From Rhodospirillales bacterium (GTDB lineage Bacteria; Pseudomonadota; Alphaproteobacteria; Bin95): DNA of 64,000 nt. Positions within the stretch are counted from its first letter, which is position 1. The number at the start of each line of letters is the position of its first letter. The DNA is taken from positions 992,001-1,056,000 of the forward strand of contig JAYQLI010000035.1 in assembly GCA_038143065.1 (NCBI GenBank). The letters are read 5' to 3'. The notes beneath the pieces were generated by a model. The model worked only from the letters and a program-made list of their open reading frames with translations, did not search any database and was not told the DNA's origin. Positions 22,017 to 34,349 of the stretch are shown here, in pieces. The translations under genes were made by a program, and so were the position numbers.

Positions 22017-23882
22017 TCAAAGCCCCTTAATCATTAGCTCTGCAATCTGACGCCCATATAACGCAGGGTCCTCTAATGGTTCTCCGGCAGCAATTCGAGC
22101 CTGATCCAATAGAACGTTGGCATAGAGTCTTATTTCTTCGTCCATACTTTCTTGAGAAGACTTTTTGATAAACCTTGTATCAGCGGGTGCTTTGGATTTA
22201 ATTCGAGAATTCTCGCAGAAACTGGCACCGCCTCCCATGCTGTTGCAACATTCTGGCCAAATGCAAATCGAGATCACCGTCATCAGCTACTATACATACT
22301 GGGCTATCAGTCAGCCTTTTGCTAACTCTAACGTCCTTCACAGCAGAACTAAGAGCACCTTTAATTTTCTCAATTAAGGGATCTATCTCTGAAGTTGCTT
22401 CATGTTTCTCTGGTTCTGTTTCTTCAATTTTATCTAAATCTTCACCCCCCTGAGTAACAGAGCGAATAGGTTTATCATCAAAGACACCAACTGCCCCAGG
22501 CCAGAAATCGTCAACTGGATCTGTCAGCAGCAAAACCTCGATGCCCCTGGACTTAAAACCTTCAACTTGAGGACTGTTAGCCAAATTACGGCCAGCCTCA
22601 CCGGAGATATAATAAATCGCTTCCTGACCATCCTTCATGCGAGAAATATAATCTTCAAGGCTTACTAAATCGCTGCTTTCAGTAGTTCTGAAGCGACATA
22701 ATTTCAGTAAGGCTTCTCGGTTGTTTACGTCCTCATAGACACCCTCTTTAAGAACTGCACCAAAATTTTCCCAAAAGTCAGAGTAGCCCTCTGGATCCGT
22801 TTTAGCTCCATCTTCAATCTCACGCAGAACACGCCGCACAACTCCTGTCCGTATTTGTTGGAGAACAGAGTTACGCTGCAACATTTCACGACTAACATTG
22901 AGTGGAAGGTCTTCGGAATCGATAACTCCGACGAGGAATCTTAAATAACCGGGTAAAAGTTCTTCCGCTTCCTCAGTTATAAACACACGTCTGACGTATA
23001 ATTTGACCCGATTTTTTCTTTCAGGATTAAACAAATTGAAAGGTTTAACTGAAGGTAAATAGAGCAAACCTGCATATTCCAGCGCCCCCTCAGCCTTCCA
23101 ATGGATGGTCTTCCAAGGCCCTTCACCCATACCGCCTACATGGGCATAAAATTCCTTATGGGCCTCATCTGACGTTTCCGTTTTTGACAGGGTCCAAATT
23201 GCCCGGCCTGCATTAGCCTGCTCACCCTTATCTTTTGGATCTTCAGAGAGCAAAACAGGAATTGGAATATGGTCGGAATATGACTTGATGATATGCCTAA
23301 GCCTGAAGGCCTCAAGAAACTCAGTTTCGTCATCTTTAAGTGTAAGAATTATGTCAGTCCCGCGCCAGGACTTTTCAGATTGCTCAATCGAGTACGCACC
23401 TTCACCATCTGACTTCCAGAGCCAGGCTTGCGCGTCGCCTGCCTTTTTTGTGAGTGCTTCGACCGAAGCTGCGACCATGAAAGTTGAATAGAAGCCAATT
23501 CCGAATTGTCCAATAATGTGAGCGCTTGATTTATCGGACGAGCTTGCAGCCTCCAGTGTTTCTAAAAAGTCTGAGGCTCCAGACTTGGCAATTGACCCCA
23601 AATATTTAATGAGGTCATCACGATCCATGCCAATACCATTATCAGAAACAATCAAACGACGATTTTCTTTATCAATCCTAATTTGGACCTCAAAATTGAA
23701 TCACCATCGATCAAGGCGGGGTCCGCAATAGCTGCGTAGCGCAGACGATCACAGGCATCGGAGGCATTAGAAATCAATTCTCGCAGAAAAATCTCTTTTT
23801 CAGAATAAACAGAATGCGCCATTAATCGCAAAAGCCGACCAACTTCAGCTTGGAATTCCTTGGTTTCAGCGCCAACACTCAT
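22017..23882 (-). CDS. htpG: Hsp90 chaperone HtpG (two frameshifts)
   Basis: [41 protein letters not shown]. Breaks near 23693 and 22235. Confidence 0.95.
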
Positions 23883-24078
23883 TTTTACTGCCCTTGATAT
23901 TCATTTTTATTTCTAGATTGAGAATATTGGTACACAGGCTGCAAGCCGCAACCCTCGCCAAATTCAAAATCGCGAGCTAATTTTTCAAAAAGGGAATTCT
24001 CGATAGAAAAATATAAAGAGCTTCAAATTATTGGCGGGACAATTGAAATTCCCGAACGGAAGAGGTGAGAGTTAACTC

Positions 24079-26630
24079 TTGATTTTCGAGGATCAAAAAA
24101 TAGGCAGTGAACCACTTGGTCGACCCGCACCACCAGGTGGAAAAATTGTTGCCCTTTTAGGACCAACAAATACTGGCAAGACCCATTTTACGATGGATAG
24201 GCTTCTCTCACATCCTTCCGGGATGATTGGCTTTCCATTGCGCTTGCTTGCTAGAGAAAATTATGACCGAGCGGTTGCATTTAAAGGCAAAGGAGCTGTT
24301 GCATTAGTAACCGGTGAAGAAAAGATCATTCCACCTTATGCCAAGTATTTTGTATGCACTGTGGAGGCAATGCCCCTTGAATTAGAGGTCGACTTTCTAG
24401 CTGTAGACGAAATCCAAATGGCCGCAGACCCAGAGCGCGGCCATATTTTCACTGATCGTCTTCTTAATGCACGTGGAAAAGTTGAAACCTTTTTCATGGG
24501 TGCGGACACTGCAAGGCCATTAGTAAAAGCACTAATACCCAAGGTCGAGATGCTTAGTCGACCTAGGCTGTCCAAACTCTCTTATCAGGGCTACCGAAAA
24601 ATTTCACGGTTGCCACGGCGGTCTGCTGTAGTCGCATTCTCAATCAACGAAGTATACCGCATCGCCGAAACAGCTCGCAGACAACGAGGTGGCGCAGCCG
24701 TTGTTATGGGAGCGTTAAGCCCTCGAGCTCGGAACGCGCAAGTAGCTCTCTATCAAGAAGGCGAGGTTGATTATCTGATTGCAACAGACGCAATCGGTAT
24801 GGGCCTGAACATGGACGTAAATCATGTTGCATTCGCGGGCCTATCAAAATTCGATGGCAATCGGCCCCGGCGCCTAGCTGCATCTGAGATTGGCCAAATC
24901 GCTGGAAGAGCTGGTCGTAATATGCAAGATGGAGGATTTGGCCCAACCGGAGAAGTTCTAGAAATTGAGCAAGAGGTTATAGAGCGCGTTGAAGAGCATA
25001 GATTTCAAACACTAAAGCGTTTTTTCTGGCGCAATAACGAACTTGATTTCCGAAGCCTTGCACAACTTAAGCAAAGCTTAGAAGTCCCTCCTCCATCATC
25101 GTTGCTTGCTCGTGGTAGAGAAGGAGATGATGCTGCCTCTCTCTCCGCTCTTATGCGGGATGAAGAGGTGGCAGCAAAGGCCAATACTAAACTTTCAGTG
25201 AAAACGCTGTGGGAAGTCTGCCAAATCCCAGATTTCAGAAAAACACTCACTGACAGCCATACTCGACTATTGAGTGAAATTTACCTTCGTCTGCTTTCTC
25301 ACAATCACCTCGATGAGAACTGGATCGCAAAGCACATTAATCGCCTAGACAGATCTGATGGCGATATTGACTTACTCATGGCTCGGATCGCTGGAACTCG
25401 GGTATGGACCTACATAAGCCATAAACCAGGTTGGCTAAATGACGCCATTCATTGGCAAGAAAGAAGTCGGAGCATCGAAGATAAGCTGTCAGATGCCCTT
25501 CATGATCGCCTTACCCAACGATTTGTTGACCGCAGATCAGCTGTAATCGTCAGAAAACTCTCAAACGGCTCAGAACTACTTGGAGGGGTTGACTCAGACG
25601 GTTGTGTAGTAGTTGAGGGAAAACCAGTCGGAAGACTGGAAGGCTTTACTCTCAAACTTGATGACAGCTCCGGATTTATCGAAGATCGAAGAGCCATAAA
25701 GAGTGCTGCCCTGCGAATTGTACAATCTGCAGCTTCTGAACATATTAGCCGATGCATAGCCTCAGGAGATGAGCAATTTTGCTTAGATGATCAGGGATTT
25801 GTTCTCTGGTCTGGGGGCCGCATTGCCAAACTTAAGGCTGGAAAAAGCCCAATCGTCCCTGAATTTGAATTAATCACTACCGACATTTTAAATAGTCCGC
25901 TGCAAAAAGAAGTAATGGTCCGTATTCAGGCTTGGCTAGAAGCTTGGAGCTCAAGAACATTAGCACCAATAATTCGTCTCAAATCAAAAGATTTCTCCGC
26001 TGCAGGTCGCGGCCTAGTATTCCAACTTGAGGAACAATTGGGATGGCTAGAACGGAAGAACGCAAGCACCCAAATTAAATTACTAAACAAAAGTGATCGC
26101 CAAGCGCTGAAATCAGCAGGCTTTCGTATTGGTCATCTTGCCATATGGGCTCCACCACTCATGCTTGGCAAAGCAGCGCGTGCAAGGCAGATGCTAGCTC
26201 GACTTCAAGGGATGGAGATCAAGCGCCCCCCAAAACGTTCCTTCCTTCTAGATTGTCCAAAGGCACAAAATGAAGCAATGGCGTTAGCGCTCTCAGGGTT
26301 TGTGATTTTGGGACAATATGCTCTACGAATAGATCGAGCAGAAAAGTTAGCCTCTATTACCTATGGTCAGGCACACAAAGGTCATAAAATCATTCCATCT
26401 AAAATCGCAGAAAAAGTTGGCCTTGATGAAGATCGCCTCCTGCCCTTTTGATTGGTTTAGGGTTTCACCAGCGTATGGATGAGGAAGGGAAAAGATATTT
26501 CCAGCCAGGTCGATTAAAGAACAAAAATTCAAAGCGAAAAATGCCTTCACGGAATCACATCCGTAAAAAGCCGATTAATCCAGACTCTCCTTTCGCAACC
26601 CTGAAAGAGCTTAATAATGTCTCAAAGTGA
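24079..26630 (+). CDS. Suv3-like SF2 helicase (frameshift near 26446)
   Basis: GPTNTGKT, DEIQ, ATDAIGMGLN, QIAGRAGR; the tail ORF ends in PDSPFATLKEL, typical of alphaproteobacterial homologues. Confidence 0.88.
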
Positions 26631-26892
26631 CACCCAACGCTTAGATGCATGGCTCTGGAAAGCCCGTTTTTTTAAAACACGTGCGATATCAACTGCTATG
26701 ATTTCTAAGGGACGGGTAAGAATAAATGGTGACCGGGTGCAAAAACCTAGTCGTCAAATACGTCATGGAGACGTTCTCACATTTCCCCAAGGTAACTTCG
26801 TTCGCGTTATCCGTGTTCTAGGCTTTGCAGAACGCAGAGGGCCTGCCAAGGAGTCAGTTTATTTGTACGAATATATATGTGAGACTAGTTAG
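26617..26892 (+). CDS. hslR: S4-domain RNA-binding protein (Hsp15-like)
   Basis: RLDAWLWKARFFKTR...RRGPA. Confidence 0.85.
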   Translation: MSQSDTQRLDAWLWKARFFKTRAISTAMISKGRVRINGDRVQKPSRQIRHGDVLTFPQGNFVRVIRVLGFAERRGPAKESVYLYEYICETS

Positions 26893-26915
26893 ATGGGGTC
26901 TGAAGAGGAATTCCT

Positions 26916-27554
26916 ATGGGCATTAAACTTGCAGTTGTAACAGTAACCCCGCTCCAGCAAAATTGTTCGATTTTGTGGTGTGAAGAAACACTCCAGGCTG
27001 CAATTATTGATCCTGGTGGAGATGCGCATCTAATAGAGCAAGCTGTAGATCAAGTTGGAGTAAGTGTTGAAAAAATTCTATTGACCCATGGGCACATTGA
27101 CCATGCCGCAGCTGCCACTCAGATTTCGCAACGATACAAAGTCGATATTGAAGGACCAGAAAAAGCCGATGAAAGTTTTCTACAAAACTTACCTGAACAA
27201 GGTAAGAAATGGGGTATCCCTGCCCTGCCGGTGAACCCAAATCGCTGGCTTTCTCATGGTGACAAGGTGAATGTTGGCAATTTAGAGTTGGATGTTAAAC
27301 ACTGTCCGGGACATACTCCGGGTCATGTTGTTTTCCTCTACCATCCACAAAAAATTGCTGTTGTAGGCGATGTTATCTTTCAGGGGTCAATTGGCAGAAC
27401 AGATCTACCACTTGGTGACCACGATCAACTCCTAATGTCTATTCGCGATCAAATTCTAACATTGGATGATGACTGGGAGTTTTTGCCCGGCCATGGACCT
27501 ACTTCAACAATCGGCCAGGAACGTAATTCTAATCCTTTTCTTCAAGGACTTTGA
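26916..27554 (+). CDS. MBL-fold metallo-hydrolase (YcbL/GloC-like)
   Basis: THGHIDH, PGHTPGH, GD.IF.GSIGRTD, PGHG. Confidence 0.9.
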   Translation: MGIKLAVVTVTPLQQNCSILWCEETLQAAIIDPGGDAHLIEQAVDQVGVSVEKILLTHGHIDHAAAATQISQRYKVDIEGPEKADESFLQNLPEQGKKWGIPALPVNPNRWLSHGDKVNVGNLELDVKHCPGHTPGHVVFLYHPQKIAVVGDVIFQGSIGRTDLPLGDHDQLLMSIRDQILTLDDDWEFLPGHGPTSTIGQERNSNPFLQGL

Positions 27555-27623
27555 CTACCGAATTTGATAAGGGGAAACGTTTTATTCTCTCCTGAGGTAA
27601 ACAAAAGATAAATTTCTACGCGC

Positions 27624-28352
27624 TTACCCCGCAATGGCCATACACCCAGAAATGGCTACTAAAAGTATAGTCAAGCGCCGGTAAAACGACTCCGAGGCCA
27701 ATATGAATAGCCGTCTTCCCGCCAAAAACCCTATCATATAAATGGGTATGAAGCCTGCGGACACTATCCAGGCGTTCAAACCAACAAGCCCGTTAGAAAG
27801 TTCAAATAGGAAAAGAACAACTAATTGGCTAATCACAACAACAGAGACGTATAGGGCTAGTGTGGCTCTCGTACGAGATGCCCCCTCATCTCTTGCTAAA
27901 ATATAAAGGACCATTGGTGGACCAATAAGGCTAGTAGCACCCCCTACTAGCCCACCAAAAAATCCAACATAAGCCGCAAATGAAATCCCCCCCCCGCGCC
28001 AGCGAAATCCCAGTGCTATGAATGAAATAAAAACAAGAATCAAAGTCCCAGAGACTTTTCGAAGTATTTCTTCATCTATTATGTGAAGTAAATAAGTTCC
28101 TAAAGGCAATAAAATAACTGCGGAAATTGCAGCAACCAGGGAGCGCTTGTAGTCAGCATCAGACCAAATTCCTCTCACCAAAGTTGCTGCGGCAAAAGCA
28201 TCACAGATAGCCACAGTAACAACAGCGGAGGGAAGTCCGTAAATAAGTGAAAGAGGGCCTATCATAACAAGCCCTGCACCAAATCCTGAAAATCCTCTAA
28301 CGGCCCCGGCAACAAAGACGCAGATGCCTGCTAAAAAAACGAGAAGGCTCAA
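27624..28352 (-). CDS. TauE/SafE (TSUP) family membrane transporter
   Basis: Hydrophobic 242 aa with GAVRGFSGFG and GGATSLIGPP repeats. Confidence 0.8.
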   Translation of the reverse strand: MSLLVFLAGICVFVAGAVRGFSGFGAGLVMIGPLSLIYGLPSAVVTVAICDAFAAATLVRGIWSDADYKRSLVAAISAVILLPLGTYLLHIIDEEILRKVSGTLILVFISFIALGFRWRGGGISFAAYVGFFGGLVGGATSLIGPPMVLYILARDEGASRTRATLALYVSVVVISQLVVLFLFELSNGLVGLNAWIVSAGFIPIYMIGFLAGRRLFILASESFYRRLTILLVAISGCMAIAG

Positions 28353-29887
28353 GCCAACCCAAGCTTCTCTGCTAGCCCAATGCGCTGCAACTTACCCGTT
28401 GCCCCCTTAGGGATTTCCTCAAGAATCAAGACTTTTCGTGGGATTTTGTAATCTGCCAAGCGCTCCCGTAAAAATTGCCGGATATCCGCTTCACCTGCTT
28501 CCTGGCCTTCTCGAAGAACAACGGCAGCGGCCACCTCTTCTCCCAAGGATTTGTGCGGCATAGCAAAGGTTACACATTGGGCAACAGCCGGATGGTCCAT
28601 AATGACTTCATCAACTTCTAGAGGACTAACCTTTTCGCCACCACGATTTATGATTTCTTTGAGACGACCGGTGAGGCGAAGGTAACCCTCATCGTCAATT
28701 GTGCCTTGATCACCAGTTCGGAACCAACCATTGGTAAAGGCAGTAGCATTAGCATCCGGATTATTCTCATAGCCCTTAGTAACATTTGGACCACGTATAA
28801 CAACTTCACCAATTTTTCCGGCAGATAATAAACTTCCTTTATCATCCATGATGGAAACTTCTGGCCCAGCTGCAACACCCACAAAACCAGGCTTTCTAAT
28901 TGCCGGTGGGAGTGGGTTTGAGGCCATTTGATGAGCTGCTTCAGTCATTCCATAGCTCTCAATAACTGGAGCACCAAAGGTTTCCTCAAGAGCAGTCATT
29001 ACTTGAGGTGGAAGACTTGATGAGGAAGACCTGATTAGCCGAAGTCGCAACTTGTCAACGATTGCTTGATTACGTGGCGCACGTCCAAGAATTGCCTGAT
29101 GCATTGTTGGGACAGCCGTGTACCAAGTAGGATCAACCTCCTCTAACCACCCAAAAGCCTTAAGAGCGTTAAAACCGGGAGCGCACGAGACTGAAGCTCC
29201 CGCGGCAAGAGAAGACAATACTGCTGCAATCAAACCGTGGATATGGAACAGAGGCATAATATTTAAGCAGCTATCATTAGAAGTTAGTTTTAATGTGCTT
29301 CCAATATGAAGAGCTGATGCGGTAACGTTTTCGTGACTAAGCGGAACTATTTTTGGACGCGAAGTTGTGCCAGATGTGTGCAAAACTAGCGCCGTATCCG
29401 CAGGTGCGGCAAAACCAGTAGTGGCTGCTCTTTCTCCATTCCTAGCAGCTTCAGAGAAGAGCCGAAATGCTCCCACTGGACCACCAGAATTTGGAACCAA
29501 TCGTAATACTGGTATTCCTAACTTTTGAGCCACTCCAACCACTGGACCAGCCTCATCCTCAGCTAGGATAATTGCGCGTGCATTGAGGTCCTCAAGATAA
29601 AATTCAAATTCCTGCTGACCATAAGCAGGATTAAGAGGTGCAGTTGTTGCAGAGCAAGCAACCGAAACAAATGCTGATGCCATATACGGCCCGTTTGGAA
29701 GAACTATTGCTACTCGATCATTTCGGCCAATACCAAAAGTATTTAAATCTGTATGAACGTCGTTAATGAGGCTCTTAAGGCTCTGATAGTTCAAAGGAGA
29801 ACGGCCTGCCGCCTCACTTCTAGGCATATCGATCGCTACATCGCGGTCCCCCTGAGCCTCTATTAAATCATATATCGTCTGGGTCAT
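28349..29887 (-). CDS. Acyl-CoA synthetase, oxalate-CoA ligase-like
   Basis: HTSGTTSRPK, PLFHIHGL, WYTAVPTMHQ, YGMTEAAHQM, GRLKEIINRGGEK. Confidence 0.85.
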   Translation of the reverse strand: MTQTIYDLIEAQGDRDVAIDMPRSEAAGRSPLNYQSLKSLINDVHTDLNTFGIGRNDRVAIVLPNGPYMASAFVSVACSATTAPLNPAYGQQEFEFYLEDLNARAIILAEDEAGPVVGVAQKLGIPVLRLVPNSGGPVGAFRLFSEAARNGERAATTGFAAPADTALVLHTSGTTSRPKIVPLSHENVTASALHIGSTLKLTSNDSCLNIMPLFHIHGLIAAVLSSLAAGASVSCAPGFNALKAFGWLEEVDPTWYTAVPTMHQAILGRAPRNQAIVDKLRLRLIRSSSSSLPPQVMTALEETFGAPVIESYGMTEAAHQMASNPLPPAIRKPGFVGVAAGPEVSIMDDKGSLLSAGKIGEVVIRGPNVTKGYENNPDANATAFTNGWFRTGDQGTIDDEGYLRLTGRLKEIINRGGEKVSPLEVDEVIMDHPAVAQCVTFAMPHKSLGEEVAAAVVLREGQEAGEADIRQFLRERLADYKIPRKVLILEEIPKGATGKLQRIGLAEKLGLA

Positions 29888-30155
29888 TGCCCCACTCCAC
29901 TGCTCAGAGAAAATTTTAAATTGAGGTCTATTCTAACATTTAAGTTAGAAAAACCACTGACTCTTTTTTAGAGTTTTTCACATAATCCCTTTCCAGAAAC
30001 TTCTTCTGAAAAACACAATTAAAACATTAAAAAATTTCAGAAAGTTACTGGTTTAAAAACAAGCTGTTTTCTGTTTGAAAAGTATCTAAACGTTGAAAAC
30101 GCAAAACCTTAAAACATCGAACCCTTTTCGGTGAGCCTATAATCCATTCGGACGC

Positions 30156-31136
30156 TCATAAATAGCCAGCTTTTAATAAGTCCTTCATATGGATGATAGC
30201 TAATAAGGAAGCATCATCAACAACTAATAGGTTCGAGATCTGCTTATCTGTCATTACTCCGATGACATCTGCCATCCGCATATCAGGAGTCGCTACAGCG
30301 GGGCTACTACTCATAATGTCACCAGCAGTTTTTTCAAAAAAGTCTGAGTCAAATGCACGGCGAAGATCACCATCGGTTACGCATCCTAAGAGCTTCGACT
30401 CTTTTCCCAATACTCCAACGCAACCCATCCCGCCGTCAGCAATGGCTGATATAACGTCACCAGCTTTAGTAGATGAAGTAACCACAGGCGGTGAAGGCTG
30501 ATCAATTAGCCAATCTGAAACACGCTGAAGTTGCAGGCCTAGCTTCCCTCCAGGATGTACCATCCCAAAATCTTCCGAGGTAAAACCTCTTTTCTCCATT
30601 ACCGCAACTGCGAGAGCATCGCCTAAAGCAAGTGTCATTGTAGTTGAGGTTGTGGGGGCAAGACCGTTTGGACACGCCTCTTCGACATCCGGCAAAGCCA
30701 GTAAAATGTTTGAAATCGAGCCAAGTAGGCTATTTTTGCGTTTTGTAATCCCAACAATTGGTATTGATACCCGACGGGCAAAGGAAAGTATGTCCCGCAT
30801 TTCCCGCGTATCACCAGAATTGGATATTGCTAAAAGCGCTCCGGCACCATTCAACATACCTAGATCGCCATGGCTGGCCTCTGTTGGATGCACAAAGAAA
30901 GCAGGTGTTCCCGTAGAGGCAAAGGTTGCTGCTATTTTTGAACCAATATGCCCGGACTTACCCACTCCGGTAACAACACAATACCCAGTATTTTTTAGGA
31001 AAGCATCGACAGCCAAGGAAAAATTCTTATCCATGGAAGCCTTCAACGCGTCTAAACCACGGATCTCTGCGTCAACTAAATCCCTCGCAACCTCAATAGC
31101 TGATTTTGCGGTATGTTTTGTGGAGGAAGTCATCAT
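30156..31136 (-). CDS. kdsD: KpsF/GutQ arabinose-5-phosphate isomerase
   Basis: GVGKSGHIG, HPTEASHGDLG, APTTSTT, HPGGKLG, CBS pair. Confidence 0.9.
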   Translation of the reverse strand: MMTSSTKHTAKSAIEVARDLVDAEIRGLDALKASMDKNFSLAVDAFLKNTGYCVVTGVGKSGHIGSKIAATFASTGTPAFFVHPTEASHGDLGMLNGAGALLAISNSGDTREMRDILSFARRVSIPIVGITKRKNSLLGSISNILLALPDVEEACPNGLAPTTSTTMTLALGDALAVAVMEKRGFTSEDFGMVHPGGKLGLQLQRVSDWLIDQPSPPVVTSSTKAGDVISAIADGGMGCVGVLGKESKLLGCVTDGDLRRAFDSDFFEKTAGDIMSSSPAVATPDMRMADVIGVMTDKQISNLLVVDDASLLAIIHMKDLLKAGYL

Positions 31137-31354
31137 AAAATCGCGTAGCAGATTTAAAACCTTGCCTGCAAGCTTATTATGAACAGCATGAATTGCTCCT
31201 CGATCAAAATCAGTAAAGATTTCTCGATAAAATATGAAATTAATGTTCTTCGATTTGGATCTTTTAGAACATTGAAAAATATCTTGATGCTATAGACTAA
31301 CATCTCCATTTCTTCTCTGCATTCACTTTGAAAGTACTGGAATAAATTTTCGAG

Positions 31355-32228
31355 ATGTCGAGTTACATTAAAACCTTTGTGTTCATTTCAATAATGACCG
31401 CATTATTTGGAAGCATAGGCCTTCTTTTCGGAGGAGCTGAAGGAATGGTTATTGCTCTTTTTGTAGCTATCGCCATGAACATTTTTGCTTACTGGAACTC
31501 AGATAAACTAGCTCTCCGAATTTATTCTGCCAGACCGATCAATCGTTCCTCGGCACCAAATCTTTTTAATATTGTAGAAAATTTGTCAGCAAGAGCTGCA
31601 CTGCCAACACCAAAAATATACATTATTGATAATCCACAGCCTAATGCCTTTGCTACAGGGCGCAATCCAGAAAACGCGGCAGTTGCTGCCACAACAGGGT
31701 TGCTTCAACACCTCTCTCACGAGGAAGTCACGGGCGTAATGGCTCATGAACTTGCCCATATAAAAAACCGTGACACACTCATAATGACGATAACTGCTAG
31801 TATTGCAGGAGCAATCTCTATGATTGCTAATTTTGCCGTCTTCTTTGGAGGTCATCGAAATAATCCCATCGGGCTCTTGGGCTCTCTTGATGATGATCCT
31901 TGCACCTATGGCTGCTGCCATTGTTCAGATGGCCATAAGCCGAACGAGGGAATATGAAGCAGATCGGATAGGGGCTCTTATCTGCGGAAATCCTCTTTGG
32001 CTGTCCTCAGCGCTTTCTAAACTTCACTATTCAGCGGCAAAGGTTGACAATGAGCCAGCAGAAGCCAATCCACAAACAGCACATATGTTTATCGTAAATC
32101 CCATACATGCCCAGGCCATAGATGGCCTGTTCTCCACCCACCCAGCAATGGAAAATCGCATAGCCAAGCTTGAAGAATTAGCAACCGAGATGGGTATTTC
32201 TACCCCTAGAGTAAGCCCATGGGCTTAG
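31355..32228 (+). CDS. htpX: Zinc protease HtpX (frameshift at the CT repeat near 31885)
   Basis: [29 protein letters not shown]. Confidence 0.94.
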
Positions 32229-33503
32229 ACAACCCTCGTAGAGTAGCGCTTCAAATACTTGATGCTTGCTTGGGCAGAAAGATGGCTCTCGATAGAGCAT
32301 TCGATGGGGCTGCTGTTGAGCTAGAGGGACGAGATAGAGCTTTCGCGAGAACGATGGTCGCAACAACATTACGACATCTCGGTCAGATTGACGTCATTTG
32401 CGAAAAATACCTAAGACGCCCAATACCAAGAAAAGCTCTCACCGTTCGAAATATCCTTCGGTTAGGTGTCGCCCAAGTTATATTCTTAAAAACGCCACCA
32501 CACGCTGCAGTTGGGGAAACAACAGCACTAGCTGATCATCGGGCAACTCAAAATTACAAAGGGCTAATCAATGCCGTCCTACGAAGGGTAACAGAGGCAG
32601 GAAATTCATTGCTTGTTGAGCAAGATGCCGCCCGGCTCAATACTCCTGGCTGGTTATGGGAAAGTTGGATCAAAAGCTATGGACGCGAATTAGCACGCGA
32701 GATTGCCAACGCTCATCTGACCGAACCACCTTTAGATTTAACAATTTTTACCCAAACAGCCGAAGAATGGGGAGCTTTGTTAGACGGAGAGATACTGCCA
32801 ACGGGATCAGTTCGTCGTAAATCGGGTGGGCGAATAGAGACAATCGCTGGCTTTGATGAGGGAGCATGGGCCCCTCAAGATGCAGCCGCAGCACTTCCGG
32901 TTCGATTATTCGGAGATGTTTCGGGAAAACTTATTATCGATATATGCGCAGCGCCAGGTGGAAAGACTGCCCAGCTCGCTGCAGGAGGCGCTGACGTTAT
33001 TGCAGTTGATTTAAATGAGCGTCGCCTCCAACGCCTTACCGCCAATCTACAACGGTTGAATTTAACAGCTAAAACGGTCGTAGCTGATGCACTAGAGTGG
33101 ATGCCAGAAAAAGAAGCAGATGGTGTCCTCTTAGATGTTCCATGTTCTGCGACTGGTACAATTCGGCGCCATCCTGACCTGCCTTGACTAAGTCAACTTC
33201 GGACGTTAAAGCTCTTTGCCTATTCAAGCACAAATGCTTCGATCAGCGGCTAAAATGATTAAGCCCGGAGGCTTACTGATTTATGCATGCTGCTCCCTGC
33301 AGCCTGAGGAGGGGGAGCGTCAAATAAGCCAATTCTTGAAACATCATCCAGATTTCAGCAGGCAACCCATAACAGCAACTGATTCTCTTGGAATCCCGGA
33401 AGCAATTACCGCAGCCGGCGATTTGCGAACTCTTCCATCAATGTGGACAAGCATTGGAAGTATAGATGGGTTCTATGCATCCCGACTGGTCAAAAAGCGC
33501 TAA
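32219..33503 (+). CDS. rsmB: RsmB/NOP-type rRNA m5C methyltransferase (frameshifts near 33186-33220)
   Basis: NusB-like N-terminus, [27 protein letters not shown], second Cys in YACCS. Confidence 0.85.
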
Positions 33504-33579
33504 AGGTAAGATGACCAAGAGAGAAGAATTCTTTTCAAGAAGGATTACTTAAAGTTTCTTAGTCACCCAAAGTCTGTCC

Positions 33580-34349
33580 TTATATAAAACCAACTGCGTG
33601 GCCACCGTCTAGACCAATAACCTGTCCGGTTACGTACCCCGATGCATCAGATGCTAAAAACACCACTGGCCCATCCAGATCTTCCTCCTGGCCAAGACGC
33701 CCCATAGGCACCCTGCTGATAAGGGCTTTGCCTGGCGGGGTTTCCCAATAATCTCGGTTCATATCTGTTTCAATATAACCAGGGGCTAGGGCATTTACCC
33801 GGACACGATACTTGGCTAACTCAGCCGCCATTTCGCGCGTTACATGATCAAGGCCTGCTTTGGCAGCATTGTAAGCAATAATTCCTGGATTTGTGCGTTG
33901 TCCGAGGATCGATGATATGTTGATAATTGAGCCCCCAAACCATGAGCAACCATCGCCTTTGCCGCTGTCTGGGCCACTACCCAGGCACCAGTAAGGTTAA
34001 CATCAATTACCGGATCCCACTCCGCTTCTGATACATCTAAAAGACGTTTGGTGATTGCGATCCCTGAATTATTGACGACAATGCGGATTGGCCCAAGCGC
34101 CCCTTCAGCAAGTGAATAAGCCTCTTCAATACTGGAACGATCGGAAACATCCATAACAACTGGAAACGCCTTGCCACCGAGTAATATAACCTCATCAGCG
34201 ACTTCTTCTAACCTCTTAGAGTCACGGGCAGCCAACACAACATCCGCTCCAGCTTTAGCTAAAGCTAGTGCGAAACGTCGCCCTAAACCACGACTAGCAC
34301 CAGTAACTAGTGCAGTTCGGTTATCCAGCCTAAAAAGTTTTTCTGTCAT
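33580..34349 (-). CDS. Short-chain dehydrogenase/reductase (frameshift near 33935)
   Basis: TGASRGLG, NNSG; the shifted frame gives YNAAK; RVNALAPG. Confidence 0.88.
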
